From Erythrobacteraceae bacterium (GTDB taxonomy: Bacteria > Pseudomonadota > Alphaproteobacteria > Sphingomonadales > Sphingomonadaceae): a stretch of DNA of 64,000 nt. The notes below the pieces were generated by a model that saw nothing but the letters and a program-made list of their open reading frames with translations, made no database searches and had not been told where the DNA came from. The stretch lies in NCBI GenBank assembly GCA_031399025.1, contig JANNOJ010000015.1:36306-100305 (forward strand), given 5' to 3'. The translations under genes and the position numbers were made by a program. Positions 24,381 through 33,222 of this stretch are shown here, piece by piece (position 1 is the stretch's first letter; each line of letters starts with the position of its first letter).

Positions 24381-25400
24381 TCAGCCCAGAGGGTTCGCGG
24401 CTGCCGGGCTCGGCTGTTCCACCGTATTGCCGGTGCCGTCGCGCAGCCGGCGCGGCTCGAGGATCGCGGTGGTCTCCAGCAGTTCCAGTCCGCGCATGGC
24501 CCGGGCGTAGCGGTCGGCGTCGCCGAGCCACCCGCGCGCCTCGCCCGCATTGGGCAGGTTGCCTACCTCCGCCATGGCCGCCTCCACCCGCCCGCTCTCG
24601 AGGAACAGACGCGCTCGCTGCAGCCGGCTCTGCGGGCGCGGCGAGGGGGTATCTTCGGTGCGGATCACGAACAGTTGCGATAATTCCCGGCTGATCGTCG
24701 GCAGCACGCCTTCGCCGGCCGGCTGTTGCGTCAATACCGGGGCGAGGCCTTCCAGCGTGGCCAGCAGCCGGTCGATCGTGACCGGGTCCTCGCCGGCCGC
24801 CTGGACCGCATCCACCGCATTGGGCAGGGCGTCGCCGAAGCGCAGGCGCAGCTGGTCGGTCAAGTAGCCAAGCGGCGCGCCGCGCTCGATCGCGCGCCTT
24901 GCGGCAAAGGCGATCAGCAGGCCTTCGGCGCGCGACGCATTCCCGGCCGCCGCCTGGGCCTGCAGGTCGAGCCGGGTCAGCCGCTGCTCCATGGCCGCCA
25001 CGCGCTGGTCGATGCCACCCTGCTGCAGCGCCACTTCCTCTACCGCCAAGACCGCACGGCGTGCTTCGACGACGCTCTGACGAGCGACCGGGAGCGGTTC
25101 GGAGGCCGCACGTTCGGCGGCGCTCGGTGCACCGCTGCCCGGCTCCTGCTGGTCGGCCGCGAAGATGAGTTCACCGGTCAGCGAGGACCACTCAAGTTCG
25201 CGCCCGAGATAATAGGTGGCCACCGCGCCCAGCAGGAACGCGGCCCCCGCGACTACCAGGATGGGGCGGGACGAGCGCGCCGTGGTCCTGACCGGCCGAG
25301 GCAGGCTTGTCGGGGCGCTTTGCGCCGAGGCGCCGACCTCCGGGAACCCGCTCGGCTGGTCCCGATCCGCCCGGGGAGAGAATGCATCGCTATCGTCCAT
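24381..25400 (-). CDS. membrane-anchored coiled-coil protein in the HemX / alphaproteobacterial Mic60 (mitofilin-like) position
   Basis: 339 aa. One TM segment (ILVVAGAAFLLGAVATYYLG), an Ala/Gln/Arg-rich helical middle, and a C-terminal segment RLQRARLFLESGRVEAAMAEVGNLP..ARGWLGDADRYARAMRGLELLE resembling the mitofilin C-terminal signature. Directly downstream of hemC-hemD. Confidence 0.5.
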   Translation of the reverse strand: MDDSDAFSPRADRDQPSGFPEVGASAQSAPTSLPRPVRTTARSSRPILVVAGAAFLLGAVATYYLGRELEWSSLTGELIFAADQQEPGSGAPSAAERAASEPLPVARQSVVEARRAVLAVEEVALQQGGIDQRVAAMEQRLTRLDLQAQAAAGNASRAEGLLIAFAARRAIERGAPLGYLTDQLRLRFGDALPNAVDAVQAAGEDPVTIDRLLATLEGLAPVLTQQPAGEGVLPTISRELSQLFVIRTEDTPSPRPQSRLQRARLFLESGRVEAAMAEVGNLPNAGEARGWLGDADRYARAMRGLELLETTAILEPRRLRDGTGNTVEQPSPAAANPLG

Positions 25401-25422
25401 AGTTCTTCCGCGGCCCGCCGGC

Positions 25423-26115
25423 CTATCGTTCGCCCGCGTTGCCCCAATGCCACATGTCGCGGACCAAGGCCAACAATGCGCTTTCCCGGGGTACCGGGGC
25501 GCTCGCAACCGCCGCCCAGCCCGGGCCGGCCTGCTCGGCGATCCGCTGGCCCAGGGCGGCGAGCGCGACGCTGGTGCGCGGGACGCCCAGCCGCTCGCAC
25601 TCGCCCGCCAGATGCCGCGCCGCCTCGCCCGAATGGAGCAGCACCAGCGCGCCCGCCCGCAAGCCCTCGGCCAGTGCGGCGGGCAGCGGCAGGGCCGCGC
25701 TGGCGTAGACGAGGCAGGTGGCGATGCTGGCCCGCGGCGGAGCCACCAGCGGGACATGCGCGAGGCCGGCGAGGCGCAGGTAGCGCAAGGGCTCGCCGGC
25801 GCCGTCGAGCAAGCCTTGAAGGCCGCCTGCGCCGACCCGATCGACCACGAAGCCCGCCCCGCGCGCCGCCTGCGCGGTCTCCTCCCCCACCGCATGCACG
25901 GGCAGATGGCGATAATCGGCCAGCCTCGCCCCGCCGTGGCGCAGCGCGTTGGGGCTGCCGATCAGCAGCGCGTCGAAATCGCCGGGCGGCGGCGGCGCCC
26001 AGGCCAGCGGCCGGACCTCGAACAGCGCGACGCCCTCGATCGCCAATCCCACCTGTCGGCCGGCAGCGAGCGTGCGCGCCAATCCGGGCTGCGGGCGAAT
26101 GGCAATGATCCTCAC
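25423..26115 (-). CDS. hemD: uroporphyrinogen-III synthase
   Basis: 230 aa. GTG start. Position after hemC. HemD-like two-lobed pattern (IRPQPG...FDALLIGSPNALRHGG). The family is weakly conserved. Confidence 0.7.
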   Translation of the reverse strand: MRIIAIRPQPGLARTLAAGRQVGLAIEGVALFEVRPLAWAPPPPGDFDALLIGSPNALRHGGARLADYRHLPVHAVGEETAQAARGAGFVVDRVGAGGLQGLLDGAGEPLRYLRLAGLAHVPLVAPPRASIATCLVYASAALPLPAALAEGLRAGALVLLHSGEAARHLAGECERLGVPRTSVALAALGQRIAEQAGPGWAAVASAPVPRESALLALVRDMWHWGNAGER

Positions 26116-26127
26116 GCCCTTACCGCC

Positions 26128-27054
26128 TCAAGCGCTGCCGGAAAAATGCGCCGCGATGCCCGGTGATGCGCGGGCGAGCAGGTCGTGCGCCAGCCGCGCC
26201 GGGCCATCGGCGCCATGGGGTGCGAAGGTCGCCGCACCTTCCACCTTCTCCGCGCCATCGGGGCTGTAGAGCGCCGCGCGCATCGCCAGCCCGTCGCCAG
26301 CCACGTCGCACAGCACCGCGATCGGCGAGTGGCAAGTGCCGCCCAGCACCGCCAGCAGCGCGCGCTCGGCCATCACCTCGGCGCGGCTGGGCGCATGGTC
26401 GAGCGCCACCAGCAGTTCGCGCGTGCGGACATCGTCGGCGCGGCATTCCAGCGCGATCGCGCCTTGCGAGGGCGCCGGCAGCCAGTCGCCCGGATCGAGC
26501 GCGTGGCCGGCGCCATGCTCGCCCAGCCGCTCGAGGCCTGCGGCGGCGAGGAAGGTCGCGTCCGCCTCGCCCGCGGCCAGCTTGGCCATGCGGGTGGCGA
26601 CATTGCCACGGAAGGTGATCACCCGGCAATCGGGCCGCAGATGCAGCAGCTGCGCCGCGCGCCGCGGCGCGCTGGTGCCGATCACCGCGCCGTGCGGCAG
26701 CGCCGCGATGCTGGCGGCGCCGAGCAGCCGGTCGCGCTTGTCCGCCCGCGGCAGGATGGCGGCGAGGTGCAGGCTGGCCGGCCGCATGGTCTCCACGTCC
26801 TTGAGCGAATGGACGGCAGCGTCGATGCGCCCCTCGCCCAGGCAGGCATCGAGCTCGCGGGTCCACAGCGCCTTGCCGCCGATCTCGGCCAGCGGGCGAT
26901 CCTGCACCTGGTCGCCGCTGGCGATCAGCGGCACCAGTTCCACCGCCTCCGGCGCCCAGCCATGCGCCGCGCAGAGCCGGTCGCGGGTCTCGTGGGCCTG
27001 GGCCATGGCCAGCGGCGAGCGGCGCGTGCCCAACTTGATCAGGGGCTTGATCAT
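26128..27054 (-). CDS. hemC: hydroxymethylbilane synthase (porphobilinogen deaminase)
   Basis: IKLGTRRSPLAMAQA..., VHSLKDV, RGNVATRMAKL, and the cofactor-binding Cys region LGGTCHSPIA. Start at ATG 27054 (alternative 27081). Confidence 0.9.
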   Translation of the reverse strand: MIKPLIKLGTRRSPLAMAQAHETRDRLCAAHGWAPEAVELVPLIASGDQVQDRPLAEIGGKALWTRELDACLGEGRIDAAVHSLKDVETMRPASLHLAAILPRADKRDRLLGAASIAALPHGAVIGTSAPRRAAQLLHLRPDCRVITFRGNVATRMAKLAAGEADATFLAAAGLERLGEHGAGHALDPGDWLPAPSQGAIALECRADDVRTRELLVALDHAPSRAEVMAERALLAVLGGTCHSPIAVLCDVAGDGLAMRAALYSPDGAEKVEGAATFAPHGADGPARLAHDLLARASPGIAAHFSGSA

Positions 27055-27127
27055 GGGTCCAGGTTTGGCTTCGGCCGGCATCGGGTCGGCTTGCCCTAAC
27101 CGGCAATTGCGTCCAGTGGAACCCGCC

Positions 27128-28348
27128 ATGGACGGCGCGGACATCCTGGTTCTCGGCCTCGAAAGCTCGTGCGACGAGACCGCCGCGGCGCTGGTGACGG
27201 GAGACCGGCGGATCATCGCCCAGGTCATCGCCAGCCAGGAGGAACAGCACGCGCCCTATGGCGGCGTGGTCCCCGAGATCGCCGCCCGCGCGCATGTCGA
27301 ACGCCTCGCGCCGATGATCGCGCGGGTGCTGGACGAGGCGGGGGTCTCGCTGGCCGAATGCGACGCCATCGCCGCCACCGCCGGGCCGGGGCTCATCGGC
27401 GGGGTGATGGTGGGCCTGGTCACCGCCAAGGCGCTGGCGATGGCGACCGGCAAGCCGCTATTGGCGATCAACCACCTGGAAGGCCACGCGCTGAGCCCGC
27501 GGCTGGCGGATGCGACGCTCGCGTTCCCCTATGCGCTGCTGCTGGTCTCGGGCGGCCATTGCCAGATCCTGCGGGTGGCGGGCGTGGGGCGTTACCGGCG
27601 GCTGGCCACCACGATCGACGATGCGCTGGGCGAGGCGTTCGACAAGACCGCCAAGATCCTGGGCCTGGGCTATCCGGGGGGTCGGGCGGTCGAGCGGCTG
27701 GCCGCGAGCGGTAACCCGCGTGCGGTACCGCTGCCGCGGCCGCTTGTGGGTAGCCGGGAGCCGCATTTTTCCTTCGCCGGGCTCAAGAGCGCAGTGCTGC
27801 GCGCGAAACAGGGGCAAGTATCTGCGCAAATATCTGCGCAAAGTCCCGCTCACCCTGAGCTGGTCGAAGGGTCGTCCTTTGTTTCGGAACCGGAGCCGGG
27901 AAGGAACAACAGCCCTTCGACAAGCGCGGGACGAGCGGGGGCGGGGATGGGTCTGAGCTCGAAGCGGACCAGCGTTGGGCGATCGCCTGGTGCTTGGTCG
28001 GACGCCGACATCGCCGCCAGCTTCCAGCAGGCGGCGATCGATTGCGTCGTCGATCGGCTTGCCGTCGCCTGGCGCGATATGGGCGAAGTAAGCGCGCTGG
28101 TGGCCGCCGGCGGAGTGGCGGCCAACGGGCCGATCCGCGCCGCCCTCGAAGCCTTCGCCGGGCAGCGGAGCCTGCGCTTCGTCGTCCCCCCGGCAGCCCT
28201 GTGCACCGACAATGCGGCGATGATCGCCTGGGCCGGGGTGGAGCGCCTGGCGCTGGGCTGGACCGATCCGCTCGACGTGCCCGCCCGGCCCCGCTGGCCG
28301 CTCGACCCGGCAGCCGAGCCCGCGCGCGGCGCCGGGATCAAGGCATGA
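27128..28348 (+). CDS. tsaD: tRNA N6-adenosine threonylcarbamoyltransferase TsaD, carrying an in-frame repeat insertion
   Basis: LVLGLESSCDETAAALV, PYGGVVPEIAARAH, NHLEGHAL, DDALGEAFDKTAKILGL, FSFAGLKSAV, GGVAAN. At 406 aa it is roughly 50-60 aa longer than typical because of the insert at about 27815-27990. Confidence 0.9.
   Translation: MDGADILVLGLESSCDETAAALVTGDRRIIAQVIASQEEQHAPYGGVVPEIAARAHVERLAPMIARVLDEAGVSLAECDAIAATAGPGLIGGVMVGLVTAKALAMATGKPLLAINHLEGHALSPRLADATLAFPYALLLVSGGHCQILRVAGVGRYRRLATTIDDALGEAFDKTAKILGLGYPGGRAVERLAASGNPRAVPLPRPLVGSREPHFSFAGLKSAVLRAKQGQVSAQISAQSPAHPELVEGSSFVSEPEPGRNNSPSTSAGRAGAGMGLSSKRTSVGRSPGAWSDADIAASFQQAAIDCVVDRLAVAWRDMGEVSALVAAGGVAANGPIRAALEAFAGQRSLRFVVPPAALCTDNAAMIAWAGVERLALGWTDPLDVPARPRWPLDPAAEPARGAGIKA
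27815..27990. repeat. palindromic repetitive-element copy (PELVEG / FDKLRVSG-type) inserted in frame in tsaD
   Basis: Inverted pair GTCGAAGGG (27863-27871) / CCCTTCGAC (27913-27921). A third related arm CTGAGCTCGAAG lies at 27953-27964. Tandem TATCTGCGCAAA x2 at 27819-27842. The three reading frames give SPAHPELVEGSSF, LSWSKGRP...LRQARDERGRG and, on the other strand, KGRPFDQLRVSG, as visible in the ORF track. Confidence 0.7.
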
Positions 28349-29355
28349 CTGGCACGCAATCACCAATCGGGATCGTCGGTGCGGGCGCCTGGGGAACCGC
28401 GCTCGCGCAGCTGTTCGCTGCAGGCAATCCCGGCGACATCCGGGTACTGCTCTGGGCGCATGAGCAGGGCCTGGCCGAAGCGATCAACGCCGCGCGCCGC
28501 AACCGGATTTACCTGCCCTTCGTCGAGCTTGCTCCCGGTATCCGCGCGACCGGCGACCTCGCCGAACTCGCCGCCTGCCCGCTCGTGCTGCTGGTCACGC
28601 CCGCGCAGCACCTGGGCGAGGTGCTGGCGCAGCTGCCCGGCTTCCCGCGCGACATCGTGCTGTGCTCCAAGGGCATCGAGGCGGGAACCGGGCGGATGAT
28701 GCATCACGTCGCCCGCGCCATCGCGCCCGCCAGCGCCATCGCCGTGCTCTCGGGCCCCTCCTTCGCGCACGAGGTGGCGGCCGGGCTGCCGACCGCGGTC
28801 ACGCTCGCCTGCGGCGGCGGCCGGGCGCAGTGGGAGCGGCTGGCGCCCGCCATCGCCCGCCCCAGCTTCCGGCCGTATTATTCCGACGACCTGGTGGGCG
28901 CCGAGGTGGGCGGCGCGGTCAAGAACGTGCTCGCCATCGCCTGCGGCGTGGTGGAGGGCCTGGCGCTCGGCCAGAACGCGCGCAATGCCCTGATCGCGCG
29001 CGGCTTTGCCGAGATGCTGCGCTTCGGCGAAGCCCTGGGGGCGCAGCGGGAGACGCTGTCGGGCCTGTGCGGCCTGGGCGATCTGGTGCTGACCTGCTCC
29101 TCCACCGCCAGCCGCAATTTCTCGCTCGGCAAGGCGCTGGGCGAAGGGCGCGCGGCGGGCGAGCTGATGGCCGACCGGCGCACCGTCGCCGAAGGCGCAC
29201 ATACCGCGCCCGTGCTGCGTGATCTCGCCCGCCGGCACCAGGTCGCCATGCCCATCGTCGAGGCGGTCAACCGCCTGCTCGAAGGCGCCGCCCCCAGCTC
29301 GGTTGTGCAGGACCTGCTCGCCCGCCCGCTGGCCGACGAGCGCACCTTGCCGTGA
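28345..29355 (+). CDS. gpsA: NAD(P)H-dependent glycerol-3-phosphate dehydrogenase
   Basis: 336 aa. IGIVGAGAWGTALA, SKGIE, GPSFAHEVA, GAVKNVLAIACG. ATG overlaps the tsaD TGA. Confidence 0.9.
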   Translation: MTGTQSPIGIVGAGAWGTALAQLFAAGNPGDIRVLLWAHEQGLAEAINAARRNRIYLPFVELAPGIRATGDLAELAACPLVLLVTPAQHLGEVLAQLPGFPRDIVLCSKGIEAGTGRMMHHVARAIAPASAIAVLSGPSFAHEVAAGLPTAVTLACGGGRAQWERLAPAIARPSFRPYYSDDLVGAEVGGAVKNVLAIACGVVEGLALGQNARNALIARGFAEMLRFGEALGAQRETLSGLCGLGDLVLTCSSTASRNFSLGKALGEGRAAGELMADRRTVAEGAHTAPVLRDLARRHQVAMPIVEAVNRLLEGAAPSSVVQDLLARPLADERTLP

Positions 29356-30932
29356 TCACGCCGCGGCCCGCCGGCCGGCCACCTGACAATGCTGGGCCAG
29401 CCGAGCGCGGCGGCGACATCGCCGCTCTCGCCAGGGGCGGCCAGACCAACTTCCTCGGCTTCCTCCTGCGCCTCGCCGCGCGCTTGCCGTTCCTGTTCAT
29501 CGGCGGCCGGCTTTACGGGGCCGAGGAACTCGGCCGCTTCGCCTCGGCGCTGGTGGTGGTGGAACTGATCGCGATGTTCTGCTCGATCGGCGAGAGGCGC
29601 GGCCTCGCCCAGCGCCTTGCCAACGCGCCCGCCGCCGATGCACCCGGACGCGGCGAGGCGCAGCTGGTAGCCGACGGCCTGTGCGTCGCGCTGACCTTGT
29701 CGCTGCTGGTGGCCGGGATCCTGTGGCTGGTGCCGGCGCCGCTGTTTCCGAGCGGCAGCTACAGCGAGCTCGACCGGCTCATCGTGCTGGCCATCCCCGC
29801 CTATGCGCTCACCGAGATCATCCTGGCGGCGCAAGCCTACCGCTTCGACATCGCCACTACCGTGCGGGCGCGGGCGATCGTCGAACCGTGGACCATTTCT
29901 ATCCTCGCCGGCCTGTTCTGGCTGGTGGAGCCGGTGCGCGATTCGGGCCTGGCGCTGGCCTATCTCGCCTCGGTCTACGCCGGTCTGCTGGCGGCGGTGA
30001 TCCCGTTCGCGCGCACCTTCGGCATCCCGCCGGGCTATCGGCCCAGCCTTGCCCGAATGATCCGCCTCACCTGGCGCGCTCTGCCGCTGGCCGCCGCCGA
30101 CGTGATCGAATGGGGTACCAGGCGGCTCGACATCCTGGTCCTGGGCCTGTTCGCCTCGCCCGCGGTGGTGGGGGTGTATTACGTCGCCCAGCAGGTCGCC
30201 AGTGTGCCGGGCAAGCTCAAGACCAGCTTCGAGCCGATCCTCGGCCCGGTGCTCACCCGCAAACTGCGCGAGCGCGATTTCGCCGCGATCTCCCGGCAGG
30301 TATGCCAGGTGGGCTTCTGGATCACCGCCGCGCAAGCCGGGGTGGGCCTGGCGTTGGGCATTCCCGGAGAGGCGATTATGGGCCTGGCCGGGCCGAATTT
30401 CGTCGGCGGCACCGGAGCGCTCGCGCTGCTGCTGGCGGCCGAGGTGGCCGCGGCGACCGCGGTGGTGGCCGAATCGGCGCTGATCTACGTGGCCCGCCTG
30501 CGCAATCTGTGGCTGTCGCTGGCCACCATCGCGCTCCAGGCGGCGCTCACCGTGGCGGCGATGCTGGCGGCGGACGCCTGGGGGCTGGGCGAATATGCCA
30601 AGGCCAGCCTGGCCGCGGGCGCGCTGGTGGTGGCGCTCGCCTGCTCCTCGCTGGCGAAGGGGCTGCTGCTCTCCTCCATCCTGCGCCAGCCGGTGAACAA
30701 TTGGCGCTGGTCGCTGCTGGGGGCGGCGGCGGCGGCGGTTGCGCTGGGCCAGGTGCTCATCCTGCTGCCCGAATGGGCCGAGCTCATCATCGGCGTGCCG
30801 GCGATCATGGGCGTCTATGGCTGGGTGATCTGGACCAGGGGCTTCGGCCCCGAAGACCGCGTGCTGTTCAAGCGCCAGGTCGCGATCCACGAGGACGGCC
30901 CGGCGCCGAGCGAAAGAGCCTTGCGTGGCTAG
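29352..30932 (+). CDS. polysaccharide/oligosaccharide flippase (MOP/Wzx-like) family membrane protein
   Basis: 526 aa, about 14 hydrophobic segments. N-terminal pattern GGQTNFLGFLLRLAARLPFLFIGGRLYGAEELGRF is typical of polysaccharide biosynthesis (PST) proteins. GTG start overlaps the gpsA stop. Confidence 0.65.
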   Translation: MITPRPAGRPPDNAGPAERGGDIAALARGGQTNFLGFLLRLAARLPFLFIGGRLYGAEELGRFASALVVVELIAMFCSIGERRGLAQRLANAPAADAPGRGEAQLVADGLCVALTLSLLVAGILWLVPAPLFPSGSYSELDRLIVLAIPAYALTEIILAAQAYRFDIATTVRARAIVEPWTISILAGLFWLVEPVRDSGLALAYLASVYAGLLAAVIPFARTFGIPPGYRPSLARMIRLTWRALPLAAADVIEWGTRRLDILVLGLFASPAVVGVYYVAQQVASVPGKLKTSFEPILGPVLTRKLRERDFAAISRQVCQVGFWITAAQAGVGLALGIPGEAIMGLAGPNFVGGTGALALLLAAEVAAATAVVAESALIYVARLRNLWLSLATIALQAALTVAAMLAADAWGLGEYAKASLAAGALVVALACSSLAKGLLLSSILRQPVNNWRWSLLGAAAAAVALGQVLILLPEWAELIIGVPAIMGVYGWVIWTRGFGPEDRVLFKRQVAIHEDGPAPSERALRG

Positions 30933-30942
30933 GTTCGGGCGG

Positions 30943-31695
30943 ATGGCTGCTGCTTCTCGTCAGCGGCTCGCCTTGGCGCTGGGCGCCGTGCTGGTGGGCG
31001 GGTTCGCTTTGCTCGCCAGCCGAAACGGCGCCCAGGGTTTTGTCGCCCGGCTCGAGCTTGCGGCGGGCGCGGCGATCGCGGAGGCGGGCGCGGCCGGCCG
31101 GGTGGAGGCAGCCTTCGTCTCGCCGGTGGGGGCGCCAGGCCGGCATCCCGAGCTGAGCCTTACCGGCGGACCGGTGGACGAGGCGATCCGGGCACGGGCG
31201 GCGCGCGCGGTGGCCGCCATTCCCGGGGTGGGCGGAGTGCGCTGGAGCGATGGCGCCGCGACCGGCGCGAGCACCGCGGCGCCGGTCAACCCGCTCCACT
31301 GCCAGGAGGATGTCGAAGCGCTGCTGCGGGCGCGGACCATCCGCTTCGAGGAGGCCTCGGCGCGGATCGACGCCGCCAGCCGCTCGCTGATCGGCGAGGT
31401 GGCGCAGGCGCTACGCCCGTGCCTAGGTAGCATCATCGCCGTCACCGGACACACCGACGCCTCGGGCACCGAGCCCGGCAACATCGCCTTGTCGTACCGC
31501 CGCGCCGAGGCCGTGCGCCGGGCGCTGGTCGCGCGGGGCATCCCCGATGACGGGCTGCGCGCCCGCGGCTTAGGCTCGCGCGAGCCGGTCGACGGGCTCG
31601 AGCCGTCCGACCCCGCCAACCGCCGGATCGAGTTCTCCGTCATCGCCACCGAGCCGATCACGCCGACGCCGGTGGATACGCCCGGCCCGTACTGA
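30943..31695 (+). CDS. OmpA/MotB-domain protein
   Basis: N-terminal TM/signal (LALALGAVLVGGFALLA). C-terminal peptidoglycan-binding OmpA-like domain (IRFEEASARID...VTGHTDASGTEPGNIALSYRRAEAVRRALVARGI...NRRIEF). Alternative GTG start at 30925. Confidence 0.75.
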   Translation: MAAASRQRLALALGAVLVGGFALLASRNGAQGFVARLELAAGAAIAEAGAAGRVEAAFVSPVGAPGRHPELSLTGGPVDEAIRARAARAVAAIPGVGGVRWSDGAATGASTAAPVNPLHCQEDVEALLRARTIRFEEASARIDAASRSLIGEVAQALRPCLGSIIAVTGHTDASGTEPGNIALSYRRAEAVRRALVARGIPDDGLRARGLGSREPVDGLEPSDPANRRIEFSVIATEPITPTPVDTPGPY

Positions 31696-31799
31696 TCCGC
31701 GCCGTCCGCAACGCCGGGCCGAGGTAGCTGCGATCGCCAAGCCGATTGCCAAGCGGCTTGCTCCGGCCCTAGAATCGCCATCGAGGAGGTCGCCCGCAT

Positions 31800-31913
31800 A
31801 TGCCCATCTGGCTCGAGTTACTGGCCCTGTCGCTGCTCGCCTATGCTGTCGGGCTGGGGATCGGCTGGGCGCTGTGGGGCCGCGGCGATGATGGGGGAAC
31901 CAAGCGTGGTTGA
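31800..31913 (+). CDS. possible 37-aa single-TM miniprotein
   Basis: MPIWLELLALSLLAYAVGLGIGWALWGRGDDGGTKRG. High GC3. Ends 4 nt before the next ATG. Support is weak. Confidence 0.25.
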   Translation: MPIWLELLALSLLAYAVGLGIGWALWGRGDDGGTKRG

Positions 31914-31917
31914 ATTG

Positions 31918-32619
31918 ATGCAGGCCAACTGGATCGTGCTGGTCGTCGCGCTGGTGATCGGCCTGCTGGTAGCCTGGCTGGTGTTCGCCCGGTCGCGCCG
32001 GACCCGGGTGGAGAGCACGCCGACGGACGAGGCGCAGGCGACGCCGGGACCTCGGCGCAACCAGGCGCTGATCGATGCGCCGCCCGCGGCCGCCAGCCCG
32101 ACGCCCGGCCCAACCGGCAGCCAGCCGCCTGCCCACACGTCCATGGCCGCCACGCCGATCGCCGAGCGCGCGCAATCGGCGGCCGAGGCGACGCGGGTCA
32201 TGCCTCCCGCCGCGCCCGTGGGATTGGCCGGTGCGAGCGAGGCGGCGGTGACCGCGGCGGCTATGGTTCGCTCGCAAACCCAGAGCCAGACCCAGCGCGA
32301 GGCGGAACCGGATGATGGCGCCATCGCGGGCGCCGAACCCGAACCGATCGAGCCTGCCGCGGCCCCCACTCCGCTTTCGACCGGCGACGATCTCACGCAC
32401 ATCAAGGGTCTCGGCCCCCGCCTGGCATTGCAATTGCAGGGTCTCGGCATCACCAGCTTCGGCCAGATCGCCGCCTGGGACGAGCGCGAAATCGATCGGA
32501 TCGACGCCCAGCTAGGCCGCTTCCAGGGTCGCATCCGCCGCGACCAATGGCCCGAGCAGGCCAGGCTCCTGGCCGCCGGCGACGCTGCGGGTTACGAAGA
32601 CCGCTTCGGAAAATTGTGA
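31918..32619 (+). CDS. membrane-anchored protein with C-terminal helix-hairpin-helix-like motif
   Basis: MQANWIVLVVALVIGLLVAWLVF anchor, a low-complexity Pro/Ala linker, and a C-terminal DDLTHIKGLGPRLALQLQGLGITSFGQIAAW motif. Confidence 0.5.
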   Translation: MQANWIVLVVALVIGLLVAWLVFARSRRTRVESTPTDEAQATPGPRRNQALIDAPPAAASPTPGPTGSQPPAHTSMAATPIAERAQSAAEATRVMPPAAPVGLAGASEAAVTAAAMVRSQTQSQTQREAEPDDGAIAGAEPEPIEPAAAPTPLSTGDDLTHIKGLGPRLALQLQGLGITSFGQIAAWDEREIDRIDAQLGRFQGRIRRDQWPEQARLLAAGDAAGYEDRFGKL

Positions 32620-32694
32620 CTGAAACGAAGGCGGCCGGGAACCGATCCGCCGACAATGCGCTTTAGCTAGCTGGCCAGGGGGAGGCCAGCTACC

Positions 32695-33102
32695 ATGGGG
32701 GAAAGTGTTATGGCAGGCCAAGGGCGCGGCGATCGCCCGTGCATCCTCGTGGTGGAGGACGAGTACGTGATCGCGCTGGACATCACGGAGACGGTGCGCG
32801 ACCTGGGGTATCGCGTGGAAGGCCCGTTCGTGAGCAGGGAACATGCCATGGTCGCGATCGGCCGCGAATTGCCGGATGTAGCCATCCTGGATGTCTACAC
32901 CGCCGATGGCGAGGTCTTCCCGCTGGCCGATGCACTAACCAAGGCCGGGGTGCCGATCATCTTCCATTCCGGCCACATCAACACCAGCGAGGTGCAGGAA
33001 CGCTATCCCCAGGCCCGAACGGTGTCTAAGCCCTGCCCGCCCGACCAGCTGATCGGGCTGCTGCAGGTGGCGCTCGAGCAGCAAACCCTGGCCAAGCAAT
33101 AG
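32695..33102 (+). CDS. single-domain (CheY-like) response regulator
   Basis: ILVVEDEYVIA ... VAILDVYTADG ... IIFHSGH ... VSKPC. The acidic pocket, phospho-Asp, Ser/Thr and Lys are all present. Confidence 0.8.
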   Translation: MGESVMAGQGRGDRPCILVVEDEYVIALDITETVRDLGYRVEGPFVSREHAMVAIGRELPDVAILDVYTADGEVFPLADALTKAGVPIIFHSGHINTSEVQERYPQARTVSKPCPPDQLIGLLQVALEQQTLAKQ

Positions 33103-33222
33103 GCCGTCGGCAGCCCTGGCCCGACGTACCCCGGATCGTCGCGTTTGAACATTGCCGCCCGGCTGCGCTAGGGGTGGTGCGGGCGAGGAGAACCACCCTA
33201 TGACCCTGCCCACCACCGCCCG

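Noticed and set aside
21126-24683. 1185-aa plus-strand ORF, the longest in the track, spanning the DsbD-family and UbiH-family genes
   Set aside because: Arg/Gly/Ala/Pro-dominated low-complexity translation with no motifs. It is antisense to the well-supported DsbD-family gene and out of frame with the UbiH-family gene. A typical stop-codon-poor shadow ORF of high-GC DNA.
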